From Octopus bimaculoides (lineage: Eukaryota): DNA of 64,000 nucleotides. Positions 54,901 through 64,000 of the stretch are shown one piece after another. Where the stretch lies: positions 16,673,340-16,737,339 of the forward strand of contig NC_068983.1 of assembly GCF_001194135.2 (NCBI RefSeq). Direction: 5' to 3'. The number at the start of each line of letters is the position of its first letter. Position 1 is the first letter of the stretch. The position numbers and the translations under genes were made by a program. The notes below the pieces were generated by a model. It made no database searches and was not told the origin of the DNA. It worked only from the letters and a program-made list of their open reading frames with translations.

Positions 54901-57900
54901 ATTTATAAAGTATCAAAAAAGGGAATGAGTTTGATAAAATGGACTAAAAATCTTTGAAGACCTCTCCCCAGTATGGCCACAGTCCTACAACTAAAACCAG
55001 TTACAGCAGTGGTCCTTGACCTTATGTGAATTATGGACTGGTTTCATGCAAGACTATTTTCCCACAGACTGGGGTATCACACACAATTATGTACACTAGC
55101 AGGACCCATGAATATTTCACAGAATTAATAGTAAATCTATTGGATTATTCCTGAAAGCATAGCCTGTTTTTTGTCTATATCAAAGATAGTCACTCATCTG
55201 CTATTCATTGGAAAGTGAAGAAAATTGGAATACAATGATTACTTAGTGTACTTTTAATAATTACTCTATATACTGTATGCACAATTTAATAAATTTAATA
55301 CACAACACTCATAAAATGTCATTCAAAACTTTTTTTTTTTAACCTTTCAATACCAACCCATATGAGACTGTCTTGGCTCTATGATACAACAATCCTGTTT
55401 TAAAGTGATCTAAATTAAAACCTTACATCAGAATTTCACATTAAATTATATTCCGAGCAACAGCTATAATGGCAACGTTATTCATTATTTTCAAAATTAA
55501 TTGAAGCAAAGGCAGTATGTTTCATTGGGAATATAATGAAAGGGCTAAGGTAGAACAAGACAAATTAAGAGGTTATTGGTTAATTATCTTGGAAATGACA
55601 TGGTTTAATATAAGCAATAAGTGTTTGGCTACACTGAAAATTTTTGTATAAAAACTTAAACTTAGAAGTAATCATTAGGGAAGGTAAATCTGATCTTTGA
55701 TAGTATGCAAGAGAAGACAACTATGGACACGTTTCTGTCTATAAGCTTCATCAGCATTGTATAGTCTAACCAAACCTTCTTGATCAGATGACATTGATTT
55801 TTACATATGGATAAAAATATTCGCAAATAGAATTTGCCTAATTAAAAATAAGTTTATAAAATAGTAGGTGACATACTGATGAAGAAAACACATCAAGATA
55901 CTGAAAGGGAAAGAAATTACCCATTTAACAAGAATGTGGGGATTAGTTTTATCTGAGTGTGTGATGGAAGTCTGGCTTTATAGGAATTATATCAGTGATA
56001 TCTAAAGGAAGTGAAACTCAAATGATGAAAAAGTTTGTTGTTTGTGATGATCTCCATCACCTATAACTCTTTAGCATTTAAACCAGACATATCAGCCCAA
56101 ATGGTTTATGTTCAAACCTGCGAGATCCAGCCTCTCACACCTATCCTACATTATCATTCTAAAATTGAATATATCATCAAAATCTCAAAGCTAAAAGATA
56201 ATACATGATTAATTGAAAACCATGTGAATCAATAAGCATTACATTTGACAGATTAATCTGAAAGCTAAAGAGTTACGATATTGGAAGTGGGGGTGATAGG
56301 TTGACAGAATGATAGTCCTTTTTGAGAAATGGGACAAACCATTACTTGCTTTTCGTAAGTTAAATCCCTCAAGGGGAAAAAAAAGACTGAAAAGTTTGGA
56401 GCTTGAAGCTAGCTCAGAAATATTTTACTTGAGGGTAATACAGAAAAATATTTATTGGCAACAGAGGAAGTATTAATACTGAGTGGTAATATTTATCTCC
56501 ACCTAAATGTGGATGTTTTGTTAGAACAAACTATACTACAGTAGTTACCATGAGAGAGACTTTCATATGGCTTTTGTTGCAAAATGTGTTTTTGTTTATA
56601 TCGCCAATGGGGAATTAAACCACTACCACCTCCAGTGCCAAGATCACTAGATTACATGATTTCAACCTCCTTTGGTCTTGCCAACTGCTAGAGACAGCAG
56701 TGATTCATCTCTCCACCAACAATATATAAAATAACAGTGCCAGAACAAGTGTTGGTGTCATAATTAGCCAGTGAGCTTGTTAAAAAATATTTATTTCGTG
56801 AAAGAGGCAGTATTAAGTATTAGGACCAATCACTTTGTAGATTTGGAGCAATTGTGCATGCAATGATAACACATTTGGAGTAGGGAGGTGAGTTTGTTGC
56901 ATGTGAAGTGTGAAATTTAAAGCAAAATGGGTGTCAAATGTAATGGTTTTTATCTGTAGAAATATTACACTGAGTGCTGCCTTATTTCAAGAGAGGTTGC
57001 CAGTAGGATTCTGCTATGTTAGTGGAGGTTCTCTTGACATGAGATCAAAAAGTCATGCTATTAATTTAAGGTCTATGATAGTTTGCAGATTATGTGTTGC
57101 ACAAAGTACAATAATCTTTTGCTTTGCAGATAGTTAGCATTACAAGTATTGCAATGGTAGTTAAATATCTCTTAGTTGGTGACTGTGGGCAACTTCCTCC
57201 AAATATTAAAAACAGTGTTTTGACCACTATTATTAGCTTTATTTCATTTAAATACCAATGCTATATTTAAAGCTTTATTATTTTTTATGCATAGGGGATG
57301 TTATTCGTTCTTATGATAATAATCAGAATATGCAGAATATAAAGTACCATTAACTAGAATTGTAAATATTTCTAATATAGTACACCTGAAACAGTGTTAC
57401 CTATCAATCACTAGAACTACAAAGAAAAGTGAGGGAAAGGTTAACCATTTAGATAGCAAAAGAATCAAGGTTTTTTTTAATAAGTTTTAAGAATTAGGCT
57501 GAAACTGGTATATAGGAGAGATTAATTAATGGGAATATTCTTAGAAAGCTAAAACTTGTGTTATTTCTTTAATCGTAGATACAGGCATGATTGTGTTTAT
57601 GAAGCTCACTTTGCAGCCATGTGGTTTTTGGGTTCAGTCCAACGGCATGTCACTTTGGGCAAATGTCATCTGCTATAGCCCCAGGCCGATGAAAGCCTCA
57701 TGAGGAAATTTGGTAGATGGAAACTGTGTGGAAGCCTATTGTCTGTGTAGATGTGTGTCTTTGTGTTTGTCCCACCAGCATCACTTGACAACTGTTGTTG
57801 TTTATTTTTACATCCCCATAATTTAGGGGTTCAGCAAAAAGATTGATAGAACAAGTTCTGAGATCAATTTGTTCAACTAAACCTTTCTGGGTGGTCCCCC

Positions 57901-60900
57901 AGCAAGGCTGTAGTCCAATGATTGAAACAAGTAAAAATAAAACATAGCTACAGTTATTCTGAATACTTAATTCATACTAATATCTAAGATATGTTTGTTT
58001 TTTGTTTTAAAATGAAATTTAATTCACATAAAATAAGTGTATTTTTTTTAGAAATTCTTTCCCCTCACTCTTCGAGGTGTCCCTATCAAAATCAAAATTC
58101 AGCATAGAAACTGTTATAAGACATAAAGGTATCTTGAACTTCAAGGGACTTTTGGAGTACCAGTGTTTAATATGTGACTGGTAACGTTCCCAGATCAATC
58201 CATTTTTTATGTCTAGAGAAATAGAGGCAAAAACAGAGCAGTATTCGTCTCAGAAACATTGGATTAGAACTCTTGACTCATAAGTCAGGAGTGAGTAGTA
58301 TAAATGCATAAAATTGTTCAACAGTGATGTATATATTGGAGTACAGATCATGTAGTTATCACTGACTCCAGAAGGATAAAAGTTAAAATTATTCCCTAAG
58401 TAGATTTGAACACAGGAACGTGAAGTGCCAGATTAATTGTAGTTGTTATTTAATCCCAAATCATCTATAATCAACCAGACCTACAATAAAAGCCTTCCAC
58501 CTATGACCATCTCATCTTACATTCAGACAATATATTTCTCACTACAGTATCCCATGCTTCTTTCTATTTTTAATATGGTATGATGTGGTTTCATGAGAAT
58601 CTGGCTGCTGTTCCTAGCGAGTCTAGTAACCACTTATGTTTGACTTTGCATATATTTGTGCCACATAAAAAGCACTCTGTTCACTCTGTTGGGTGGTTGG
58701 TGTTAGAAAGGGCATCCAACTGTAAAAGCCCATGCCAAAACAGACACAGCAGTCTGGTGCAGGCTCCTGCCTGGCCAGCTCCTGTCAAACCGTCTAACCC
58801 ATGCCAGCATGGAAGGCAGACGTTAAACTATGATGATGATGATGATAGCAGTTAGTTGAATAAGTACTGCGCTTGTTTTGTCTTTGAGGATCACTCTTGG
58901 TCAAGTAGATAAAAAATGTGTGCATGTATGTGTATAATTTATAGAATACTTTCTACTGTTGAAACAAAACTATTATGATAGTTATGAGTAGTCTTTTCTA
59001 CTTTAGGCACAAGGCCCGAAATTTTNNNNNNNNNNAGTTGATTAGATTGACCCTAGTATGCAACTGGTACTTAATTTATTGAACCTGAACGGATGAAAGG
59101 CAAAGTCGACCTCGGTGGAATTTGAACTCAGAATGTAAAGACAGACGAAATACCGCTAAGTGTTTCGCCTGGCGTGCTAACGTTTCTGCCACTTTATGAT
59201 AGCTATGAGTATTACATTAGCTATAGTACTGTTGTTGTAGATATTGTAGCTAAGTAACTTCAGAATGCTAAAATGGCTAGTCATAGTAGTTCTCTGTTGT
59301 TCAACATTGAGGATTGTGTTCAATAAATGAAATTACTAACTCCTGAAATAACATGCCAATGTCTGCTTAGTCTACAGACAGGTGTTCTCTTAACATAATT
59401 CTTAAGCAGAATCAACAAGGTATAAAGTATGTGTGACAAGGCTGTACCTTATGAATTACAGGTACAATCCACCTGATGTGCTTTGATGTAGTTTCCAGCT
59501 ACCCAATTTCACTCACAAGGTATGGGTCAACCCAAGACTATACAAAATGTTCTCAACCTTTTCACTAGCAACAACACCCTTTATTTAATCCTTTAGTATT
59601 TAAACTGACCATATCAAGTCCAAATATTGTACCTTGTTTTATGTTCAATTCAGCCAGATTCAGCCTCTTACATCTACCCTGCAATGTCATTTTGAAAATA
59701 AACAATCACTTCATTGATATTTTGAAGCTACAAGGTAATGCATGTTTAATTCAAAATAATGTGAATATATAAGCGTTACATTTGACAGATTAATCTGAAT
59801 GCTAAAGAGTTCAGTGAAATTTCCTACAGATCACCAGTTTCTGAAACACAACATATTTTGAACTCAGCTTATGGACTTCAGTACATTTCTGTGGACACCC
59901 AAAAGATTGCAGAATTCAGCTTATGAACTAATTATCTACAAGCTAGATAGACATGGCCCTCTTTCCCTTCAGTTCCCATATCTTTGATATTCTTTTGAGT
60001 GAAAGGTGCAACAGTCTAGAGGATGTTTGATTCTGCTTGTGATTACTTGGGTACCACAAACAAGAGTGAGGGCATAACACATCAGAAAGAAAGTCTTTCC
60101 TTCTAGAAGCTGTGTGATTAAAAAGCTTACTTCCCAGCAATATGGTTCCTGGTTCAGTCCCACTGTGTGGTATGTTGGGCAAGTCTCTTCTACTATAGCC
60201 CTGGGTCAACCAAAGCCTTCTGAGTAGATATGATAGATGAGGCCTGAAAAAAGCCTATTTCATGTACATATACATGTATGTCTGTGTTTATGTCGCCTTG
60301 TCTTGACATCGCAGGATAGTTATAATTAATTGTCACTGTCATACAAGCAGTATCATTTGTTTCCAAAATTCTGCAAGATCATGTTTGGTCATGAGGAAAT
60401 ATTACCTTATTTGGAAACAGGTTTAGGTGTATGACAGGAAGAGAATATGACCGAAGAAAGTCTGCCTCAATAATCTTCATCTAACCCATGCAAGTATAGA
60501 AAACTGGGTATTAACGATGATGATGAAGGCACACTTGATATTGAGCACTGAGATTTAGACAGAGTTATTACTGGTACTACTTATTCTGTTAACCCACACT
60601 GACTCCAGATGAAGCATCCTTTAGTTAGTCTGTCAACTCAAGAATACATAGCCAATTAAATGGGTGTTATCTTATGTCCTAATAACTTAGAAGCTCAGCA
60701 AAAGAGACCAATATAATAAGTTCAAGCTTTAAAAAAATAAGTACTGGGGGCAATTTGCTTGAGTAAAATCCTTCGAGATGGTTCCCCAGCATGGCCATAG
60801 TCCAATGACCGAAACTAGTAAAAGATAAAAGATAGCTAAGGAAAAATCTGGTTTTTGTTTGCCAACAAAAAGACAACTCTAGACATGTTTCAGTTTTATT

Positions 60901-63807
60901 GGAGATCAAGCTCACATGATTAATCAACAAAGGATTTTTGGCCAGGAATAATTTACAGTGGTGGAGGCGCAATGGCCCAGTGGTTAGGGCAGCGGACTCG
61001 TGGTCGGAGGATCATGGTTTTGATTCCCAGACCGGGCGTTGTGTGTGTTTATTAAGCGAAACACCTAAGATCTACGAGGCTCCAGCAGGGGATGGTGGCG
61101 ACCCCTGTTGTACTCTTTTGCCCCAACTTTCTCTCACTCTTTCTTTCTGTTTCTTGAGTAACGCGGCGATGGACTGGCGTCCCGTCCAGCTGGGAGGGGG
61201 GGGCGGACACATACGCCATAGTAACCGGGAAACCGAGCCCATGAGCCTGGCTAGGCTTTGAAAGGGCGACGAAGATGAAGATAATTTACAGTGATCTAAG
61301 GCAAATAACTCAAGTGACTCAATGATATGGATTTAGATATATCAGGTTGTGGGTGATGTACTGAATGATCTATACAAAATATTCCCAAATAATTGAAATT
61401 TCCATGTTAAAAAAAGAAAACAAAAATAGAGGTAGTTGTTGGTGACTGTCAAAGAAAAAGGGAAAATAATTTTTAGAAATATGAAATTAATTTACACATC
61501 AAAGAGAAAAATCTGATCCTTGTTTACAGGTAAGAGGGATAAATTTGGACAAATTTTGCTCTTGAAACTTGTCAAAATCTCAAAACAGTCTTGCATAGAT
61601 TATACTATGCTGATGAGATCTAATAAGACTGAAGCATGTCTAGAATTGTCTTCTTGCTAGCAAATAAAGATCAGGTTTTCTCCTTAAGTGTCTTTTATCT
61701 TTTACTTATTTCAGTCACTTGACTACAGCCATGTTGGGACAAATTCCTCAAAGAGTTTTAGTCATAAAAATATCACCCTCATTACTTAACTCTAGTGTTC
61801 ATTCTATCAGACTCTTTTGCCAAACCACTATGTTAAGGAGACATGAACAAACCAACACCGGTTGTCAAGTGGTGATGAGGGACAACATGTAAAGACACAT
61901 ATATACACATACACACAGTTTGTATCTACCAAATTCACTCACAAGACAATGTTTGCCCAGGACTGTTGTAGGTGCTTGCCTAAGGTGCTGTGCAGTGGGA
62001 CTGAACCCAAAACTACATGGTTGCAAAGCAAGCTTCTTAACAACACATCCATGCCTATACCTAGAGGCACCTATAAGCATCTTTTACTTGTTTCAATCAT
62101 TAGACTGTGGCCATACTGAAGCACAACCTTGAATATGCAATTATATTTTGGAAACTATTTCTCCTTTCCATTTAGAGTTGATAATTATTGTTAGATTTTC
62201 CTTCCCTTTCTTTTTTTTTTTTGCTTTCNNNNNNNNNNAGAGGAATATAACTTTATTGAGGATTTCTTTTGTAGGCAAATTTATACCATTTATCTGCTAG
62301 AGTTAATTCCTTTACGGTATTCAACTCATGTTCATGAGGTTACAAGTTCAATTCCTAGACCATACAGTATATTGTCCTTCAGAATGTTTACATCTCAGTC
62401 ACTTAGCGGTTCAGCAAGAGAGACCGATACAATAAGTACTAGGCTTACAAAGAATAAGTCCTGGTGTCAATTTGCTCAACTAAAGGCAGTGCTCCAGCAT
62501 GGCTGCAGTCAAATGACTAATAGAAATAAAGGGAAAAAAAAGAAAATACTAACATTAGCAGATGGAAAATACAACTGGAGGTTGCTGTGTGTATCTGAAA
62601 AGCTCAGAAAGAAGTGGTAGACCTTCATTGTGTAACAGATAGGGAGCTGGTAATTGAGGAACCAAGAGGAAAGATGGATGAATGCTTAAGAGAGGATGGG
62701 CAATTTGATACATAGGGTGAGAGCAGGAGAGACTATCTTACAACTGTTGATACTGCTTGACTTAATCATCATCGTCATTTAACATCCGCTTTCCATGCTA
62801 TCATGAGTTGGACAATTTAACTGAGGACTTGCAGACCAGGTGGCTACACTAGGCTCCAATCTGATTTGGCAGAGTTTCTACAGTTGGATGCCCTTGAATG
62901 AGACAAAGTAGGTAGATATTGGATGTTGTGTTGGTGGTGGTGGTGATAGTGGTGGGGGTCAATGATGACATGAGGATTATACTGTTCTTTCGACTCAAGT
63001 CACCCATGATCATGTAGATCTATGACCAAAAGACCTCTAGTCACCTCCCTATATTTAATTTTTTTTTCTTTCTACAGATATAGCCTATATAAGACTACCT
63101 TATCCAATGTGTCTTTCTTTTTTTTAATTCATAGGGTGTGATTTAACCCTTTTATTGCACAAATCAGATATGTTCACTTAAAATTTCATTACCTTTAACT
63201 GCAGAAAGTAGTTTATATATAAATCTATCTTTTATCATGGAATGTCATGTTTAAAACCAATTTTTGTTGAGATATGTCAAGTTTATTGTTTTTGGTAGAT
63301 ATTTAACATAATTGCTGGAAGAAACATGAAATTGAATTTTATAGTTAAAGAATTAAGAAAGTTTTGGCTGCAGTTTCTAGATCATTGTGTGCAACAATGT
63401 AGAGGCTTAATTGGTGCTGGTGCCACATAAAAAGCACCCAGTACACTCTGTAGAGTGGTTGGCATTAAGAAGGACATCCAGCTGTAGAAACCAAGCCAAA
63501 ACAGACTATGGAACCTGGTACAGCACCAGGCCTTGCCAGTTCCTGTGAAGCTTTCCAACCCATGCCAGCATGGAAAACAGATGTTAAATGTTGTTGTTGA
63601 TAATGATGATTATGATGTTGATGACAATGATGATGATGATGACAACAATCTTTTGTTTTCAAAGTACTTATTTTCTGGGGTTTTTTTGTATTGATATATT
63701 TTTCAGAGTCCAGACAGTTTATGCCACAAAAATTGTATAGATGGCTGTCATGGAGAAACAGCATTTGACTGTAAAGCTTGTAAATACTTCAAATTAATTT
63801 CAAATGG
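269..63807 (+). CDS. Fur2/PCSK5-like: Furin-like proprotein convertase (furin-2/PCSK5-PCSK6 type), partial, 12 exons: join(269..367,4208..4342,10510..10586,13531..13619,17278..17450,20399..20611,23711..23811,24663..24766,27595..27712,33712..34025,37748..37917,63707..63807)
   Basis: Manual splicing gives an uninterrupted frame with matching intron phases and GT-AG ends. Motifs: KRRTKR/D cleavage site, ILDDG (catalytic Asp), HGTRCAGE (His), WASGNGG (oxyanion Asn), GTSASAP (Ser), RRGDL in the P domain, and a Cys-rich FU repeat. PWYLEEC and a first repeat of the CHxxCxxGCxG type resemble PC5/PACE4/Fur2 rather than furin-1 (PWYSEAC). Exact orthology needs a phylogeny. Confidence 0.95.
766..891. 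repeat. (CT)n microsatellite (representative; the window has many (AT)n, (GT)n, (CAT)n, (GGT)n tracts)
   Basis: Visible directly. Many track ORFs (e.g. 719..1051, 1540..2007) are translations of such tracts or of N runs. Confidence 0.95.
1126..1182. repeat. Perfect palindrome, 28-bp arms with 1-nt centre
   Basis: accgttggaaaatgcaacgctatgagac-t-gtctcatagcgttgcattttccaacggt, checked base by base. Confidence 0.95.
1847..2027 (+). mobile_element. Young retroelement 3' tail ending in (GAT)n (RTE-X-type tail or derived SINE). Same orientation at 25205-25567, 50864-51162, ~58660-58848, ~63410-63645
   Basis: Recurrent highly similar block ttggcgttaggaagggcatccagctgtagaaac...aacccatgctagcatggaaagcggacgttaaacgatgatgat. 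The RTE-X link is inference. Confidence 0.8.
3119..3545 (-). mobile_element. Same (GAT)n-tailed retroelement, antisense. Also ~14100-14440, 20858-21180, ~31458-31745, ~62764-62895
   Basis: Reverse complement of the block above plus internal ~60-bp tandem units. 8-bp TSD tgtcattc at 3111-3118 and 3546-3553. Confidence 0.85.
4208..4342 (+). CDS. Convertase exon with catalytic Asp ([45 protein letters not shown])
   Basis: tttgcag acceptor, gtaaga donor, 135 nt, phase 0-0. [21 protein letters not shown] motif. Confidence 0.97.
4959..5359 (+). mobile_element. Non-autonomous Helitron-like 5' portion (runs into gap 5360-6169)
   Basis: A|TCTATATATATAAAA start followed by a (GTCT)n microsatellite, as in DINE/HINE-type Helitrons. 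The 3' end is not visible unless it is the CTAG at 6533. Confidence 0.55.
6443..6533 (+). mobile_element. Minimal non-autonomous Helitron (91 bp)
   Basis: A|TC start, subterminal hairpin acccgg-gcaacg-ccaggt, CTAG|T end, inserted between A and T. Confidence 0.7.
10510..10586 (+). CDS. Convertase exon ([26 protein letters not shown])
   Basis: tttccag acceptor, gtatgt donor, 77 nt, phase 0-2. Conserved ASYDVN..DPDP.PRY motif. Confidence 0.96.
13531..13619 (+). CDS. Convertase exon with catalytic His ([29 protein letters not shown])
   Basis: ttttcttcag acceptor, gtaagc donor, 89 nt, phase 2-1. Confidence 0.97.
17278..17450 (+). CDS. Convertase exon ([58 protein letters not shown])
   Basis: tttgtag acceptor, gttagt donor, 173 nt, phase 1-0. 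Lies within track ORF 17256..17732. YSASWGP substrate-binding motif. Confidence 0.97.
18718..19119 (+). mobile_element. tRNA-derived SINE family B, full-length copy (at least 15 partial or full copies in both orientations)
   Basis: A-box-like tggctgtgtgttaag, B-box-like ggttcagtc, central (AT/GT)n microsatellite, (AAAAGAGT) tail, TSD aaatagt. Related copies e.g. ~3636-4090, 9370-9745, 39170-39535, 57580-57945, 61700-62060. Confidence 0.85.
20399..20611 (+). CDS. Convertase exon with oxyanion Asn ([71 protein letters not shown])
   Basis: tttttcag acceptor, gtgagt donor, 213 nt, phase 0-0. Confidence 0.97.
21228..21562 (+). mobile_element. tRNA-derived SINE family D (also ~38701-39036 + and ~9757-9960 -)
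   Basis: Head catggctcagtggttagaacg...gagttcaatcc. TSD acctgacctgt at 21217-21227 and 21563-21573. Confidence 0.8.
21714..22110 (+). mobile_element. tRNA-derived SINE family A with (AAC)n tail (second copy 42448-42746 truncated by a gap)
   Basis: Head ggaggcacaatggcccagtggttaggg...ggtttcgattccc (A and B boxes). TSD ataacatat at 21705-21713 and 22111-22119. Confidence 0.85.
22681..23282 (+). mobile_element. Putative solo LTR
   Basis: Starts TGTCAG, ends TTACATCA. TATA-like tatataa at 22943-22949, AATAAA at 23184-23189 with T/GT-rich downstream sequence. About 600 bp and GC-richer than the flanks. No clean TSD found. Confidence 0.4.
23711..23811 (+). CDS. Convertase exon with catalytic Ser ([34 protein letters not shown])
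   Basis: ttctag acceptor, gtaact donor, 101 nt, phase 0-2. HTGTSASAP motif. Confidence 0.97.
24663..24766 (+). CDS. Convertase exon ([34 protein letters not shown])
   Basis: actttcag acceptor, gtaagt donor, 104 nt, phase 2-1. NLTWRD motif. Confidence 0.96.
27595..27712 (+). CDS. Convertase exon ([40 protein letters not shown])
   Basis: atatacag acceptor after a pyrimidine tract, gtaagt donor, 118 nt, phase 1-2. YGYGLMDA motif at the end of the catalytic domain. Confidence 0.95.
27745..28018 (-). mobile_element. 5'-truncated RLE-type non-LTR retrotransposon 3' end (R4/Dong-like) with (AAC)n tail
   Basis: Reverse strand [18 protein letters not shown][QKTALL after frameshift correction][12 protein letters not shown], then a ~140-nt 3'UTR and (AAC)6. 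QKxxLLGTARILRxVL is the characteristic C-terminus of R4-clade elements. Confidence 0.7.
28080..28640 (-). mobile_element. RTE-X LINE 3' ORF fragment
   Basis: Reverse strand: [27 protein letters not shown] (Cys-rich insert typical of RTE-X), then [46 protein letters not shown]...LHGSETWAL, and [10 protein letters not shown]. Confidence 0.8.
30029..30190. mobile_element. piggyBac-type MITE (representative; related copies ~3012-3630 split, 10074-10300, 24141-24326, 29260-29425, 56063-56275, 59585-59813)
   Basis: ttaa-ccctttagcat ... aaaggg-ttaa termini (TTAA TSD, CCC/GGG ends). A shared ~200-bp interior recurs at least 7 times. Confidence 0.75.
31290..32245 (+). mobile_element. Mariner transposase pseudogene interrupted by a retroelement insertion (about 31458-31745)
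   Basis: N-terminal IIVFLMKE....[17 protein letters not shown] (HTH). After the insert: [52 protein letters not shown]. The third catalytic Asp region is missing. Confidence 0.8.
33164..33435. mobile_element. hAT (Charlie-like) MITE
   Basis: TIRs ctgggattctcaacc / agttgagaaccattg. 8-bp TSD ctctagag (33156-33163) / ctcttgag (33436-33443) matches the NTCTAGAN preference of Charlie-type hATs. Confidence 0.8.
33712..34025 (+). CDS. Convertase P-domain exon ([105 protein letters not shown])
   Basis: LEHVQA, RRGDL, SPxGTRS, FxNWxFxTVHxWGE motifs (track ORF 33791..34063). Donor gtaatt. The acceptor (aacaaag) is inferred from phase 2 and is weaker, so the 5' boundary is less certain. Confidence 0.92.
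34375..34835 (+). mobile_element. Two tandem tRNA-derived SINEs with Deu/Nin-like core and (ATT)n tails (also ~41890-42235 tandem; antisense ~7608-7800, 16585-16780, 49920-50130, 59008-59190)
   Basis: ttctgagttcaaat B-box. Core cctttcatccttt/ccggggt..ataaa..aagtaccag resembles the Deu/Nin SINE domain. Each unit ends in attattatt. Confidence 0.75.
35082..37230 (+). mobile_element. Degenerate RTE-clade LINE (APE endonuclease + RT, internally deleted, frameshifted)
   Basis: Endonuclease remnants [15 protein letters not shown] and (G)NFNAR. RT remnants [89 protein letters not shown]. Short (ATT)n tail. Multiple stops. Confidence 0.92.
37445..37652. mobile_element. Tc1/mariner-type MITE
   Basis: Imperfect TIRs tacagggtaagccaaaagt ... 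acttttagcccatcctgtgta with TA flanks. Confidence 0.6.
37748..37917 (+). CDS. Convertase exon: end of P domain plus linker ([57 protein letters not shown])
   Basis: ctttctttgacaag acceptor, gtgaga donor, 170 nt, phase 1-0. GTLxxWxLILHGT motif. Confidence 0.92.
37972..38425 (+). mobile_element. Two tandem mariner-derived MITEs (37972-38197 and 38220-38425)
   Basis: Each has ~29-bp TIRs (tacga/gggggtgctgaaaagttcctggct ... agccaggaacttttcagcacccc) with TA ends. The interior encodes the mariner C-terminus [16 protein letters not shown]. Confidence 0.85.
43379..43680. mobile_element. Fold-back MITE-like element with ~138-bp imperfect inverted arms
   Basis: Left arm 43379-43516 is the reverse complement (with mismatches) of right arm 43544-43680. 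Spacer about 27 nt. Confidence 0.8.
45100..45374. repeat. Fold-back element with ~87-bp near-perfect inverted arms (right end runs into a gap)
   Basis: 45100-45186 pairs with 45270-45374 with a few mismatches and one ~18-nt duplication. 83-nt spacer. Confidence 0.85.
50250..50790 (-). mobile_element. RTE-clade LINE fragment (region between endonuclease and RT)
   Basis: The reverse strand reads G...[10 protein letters not shown], resembling the RTE RKHQDWFDEN motif, followed by degenerate downstream sequence with many stops. Confidence 0.55.
53140..53490. mobile_element. Two diverged Penelope-like terminal fragments in inverted orientation (another relic ~46040-46150)
   Basis: + strand cctgaagatgg...tggttgaaatgttgtgactataacaacc at 53412-53463. 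A similar sequence lies on the - strand at ~53140-53225. The CTGAAGA..GAAA pattern is typical of Penelope-like element termini. Confidence 0.45.
60961..61280 (+). mobile_element. Young tRNA-derived SINE with family-A head and a Meta-domain-like body
   Basis: 13-bp TSD ataatttacagtg (60948-60960, 61281-61293). CpG-rich. The body contains gcgatggactggcgtcccgtccag, resembling the conserved central domain of MetaSINEs (domain assignment from memory). Confidence 0.75.
63707..63807 (+). CDS. Convertase exon: first furin-like Cys-rich repeat ([34 protein letters not shown])
   Basis: atttttcag acceptor, gtgagt donor, 101 nt. Phase 0 start matches the phase 0 end of exon 37748-37917. CHxxCxxGCxGxxxxDCxxC pattern. 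Confidence 0.9.
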
Positions 63808-64000
63808 GTGAGTAATGTGTCTCTGCTTTTGTCATTTACTCTTGTAATGCATTAATTTCTTTTCCAACTACTACTACTACTTCTATCACCACCACCACCA
63901 CCACTATTACTACTACATGGTGGTGGATTGGTAGAATGTCTAGAGCATCAGGTAAAAAAAAAAGCTGTGTGGGATTTCTTCCAGTTATGTATGTTCCAAG

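Noticed and set aside
56841-57137. Two segments (56841-56887 and 56960-57137) joinable across a 72-nt GT-AG interval in frame with the upstream phase-0 exon
   Set aside because: The peptide shows no furin-repeat, transmembrane or other known pattern. It is indistinguishable from chance without RNA data.

Overview
AT-rich eukaryotic genomic DNA with scaffold gaps and dense SINEs and microsatellites. The repeat families are typical of coleoid cephalopods, most likely an Octopus assembly (inference). The window lies inside one + strand gene, a kexin/furin-family proprotein convertase of the furin-2/PCSK5-PCSK6 type. I could assemble 12 consecutive in-frame GT-AG exons: 269-367, 4208-4342, 10510-10586, 13531-13619, 17278-17450, 20399-20611, 23711-23811, 24663-24766, 27595-27712, 33712-34025, 37748-37917 and 63707-63807 (1694 nt, 564 codons + 2 nt). 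They encode the end of the prodomain with the RTKR autocleavage site, a complete S8 catalytic domain (Asp, His, Asn and Ser intact), the P domain with RRGDL, a linker and the first furin-like Cys-rich repeat. The 5' and 3' ends of the gene lie outside the window. The introns contain several tRNA-derived SINE families, RTE, RTE-X, R4/Dong-type and Penelope-like retroelement relics, a mariner transposase relic, mariner, hAT and piggyBac-type MITEs, Helitron ends and a probable solo LTR. The most notable unexplained structures are long hairpins in the pre-mRNA (a perfect 57-bp palindrome, a 45-bp snap-back retroelement hairpin, two fold-back elements), inverted repeats bracketing the catalytic-Ser exons, and candidate alternative exons in the 25.8-kb phase-0 intron after the P domain. 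I found no clearly novel multi-gene system; all hunt items are hypotheses.
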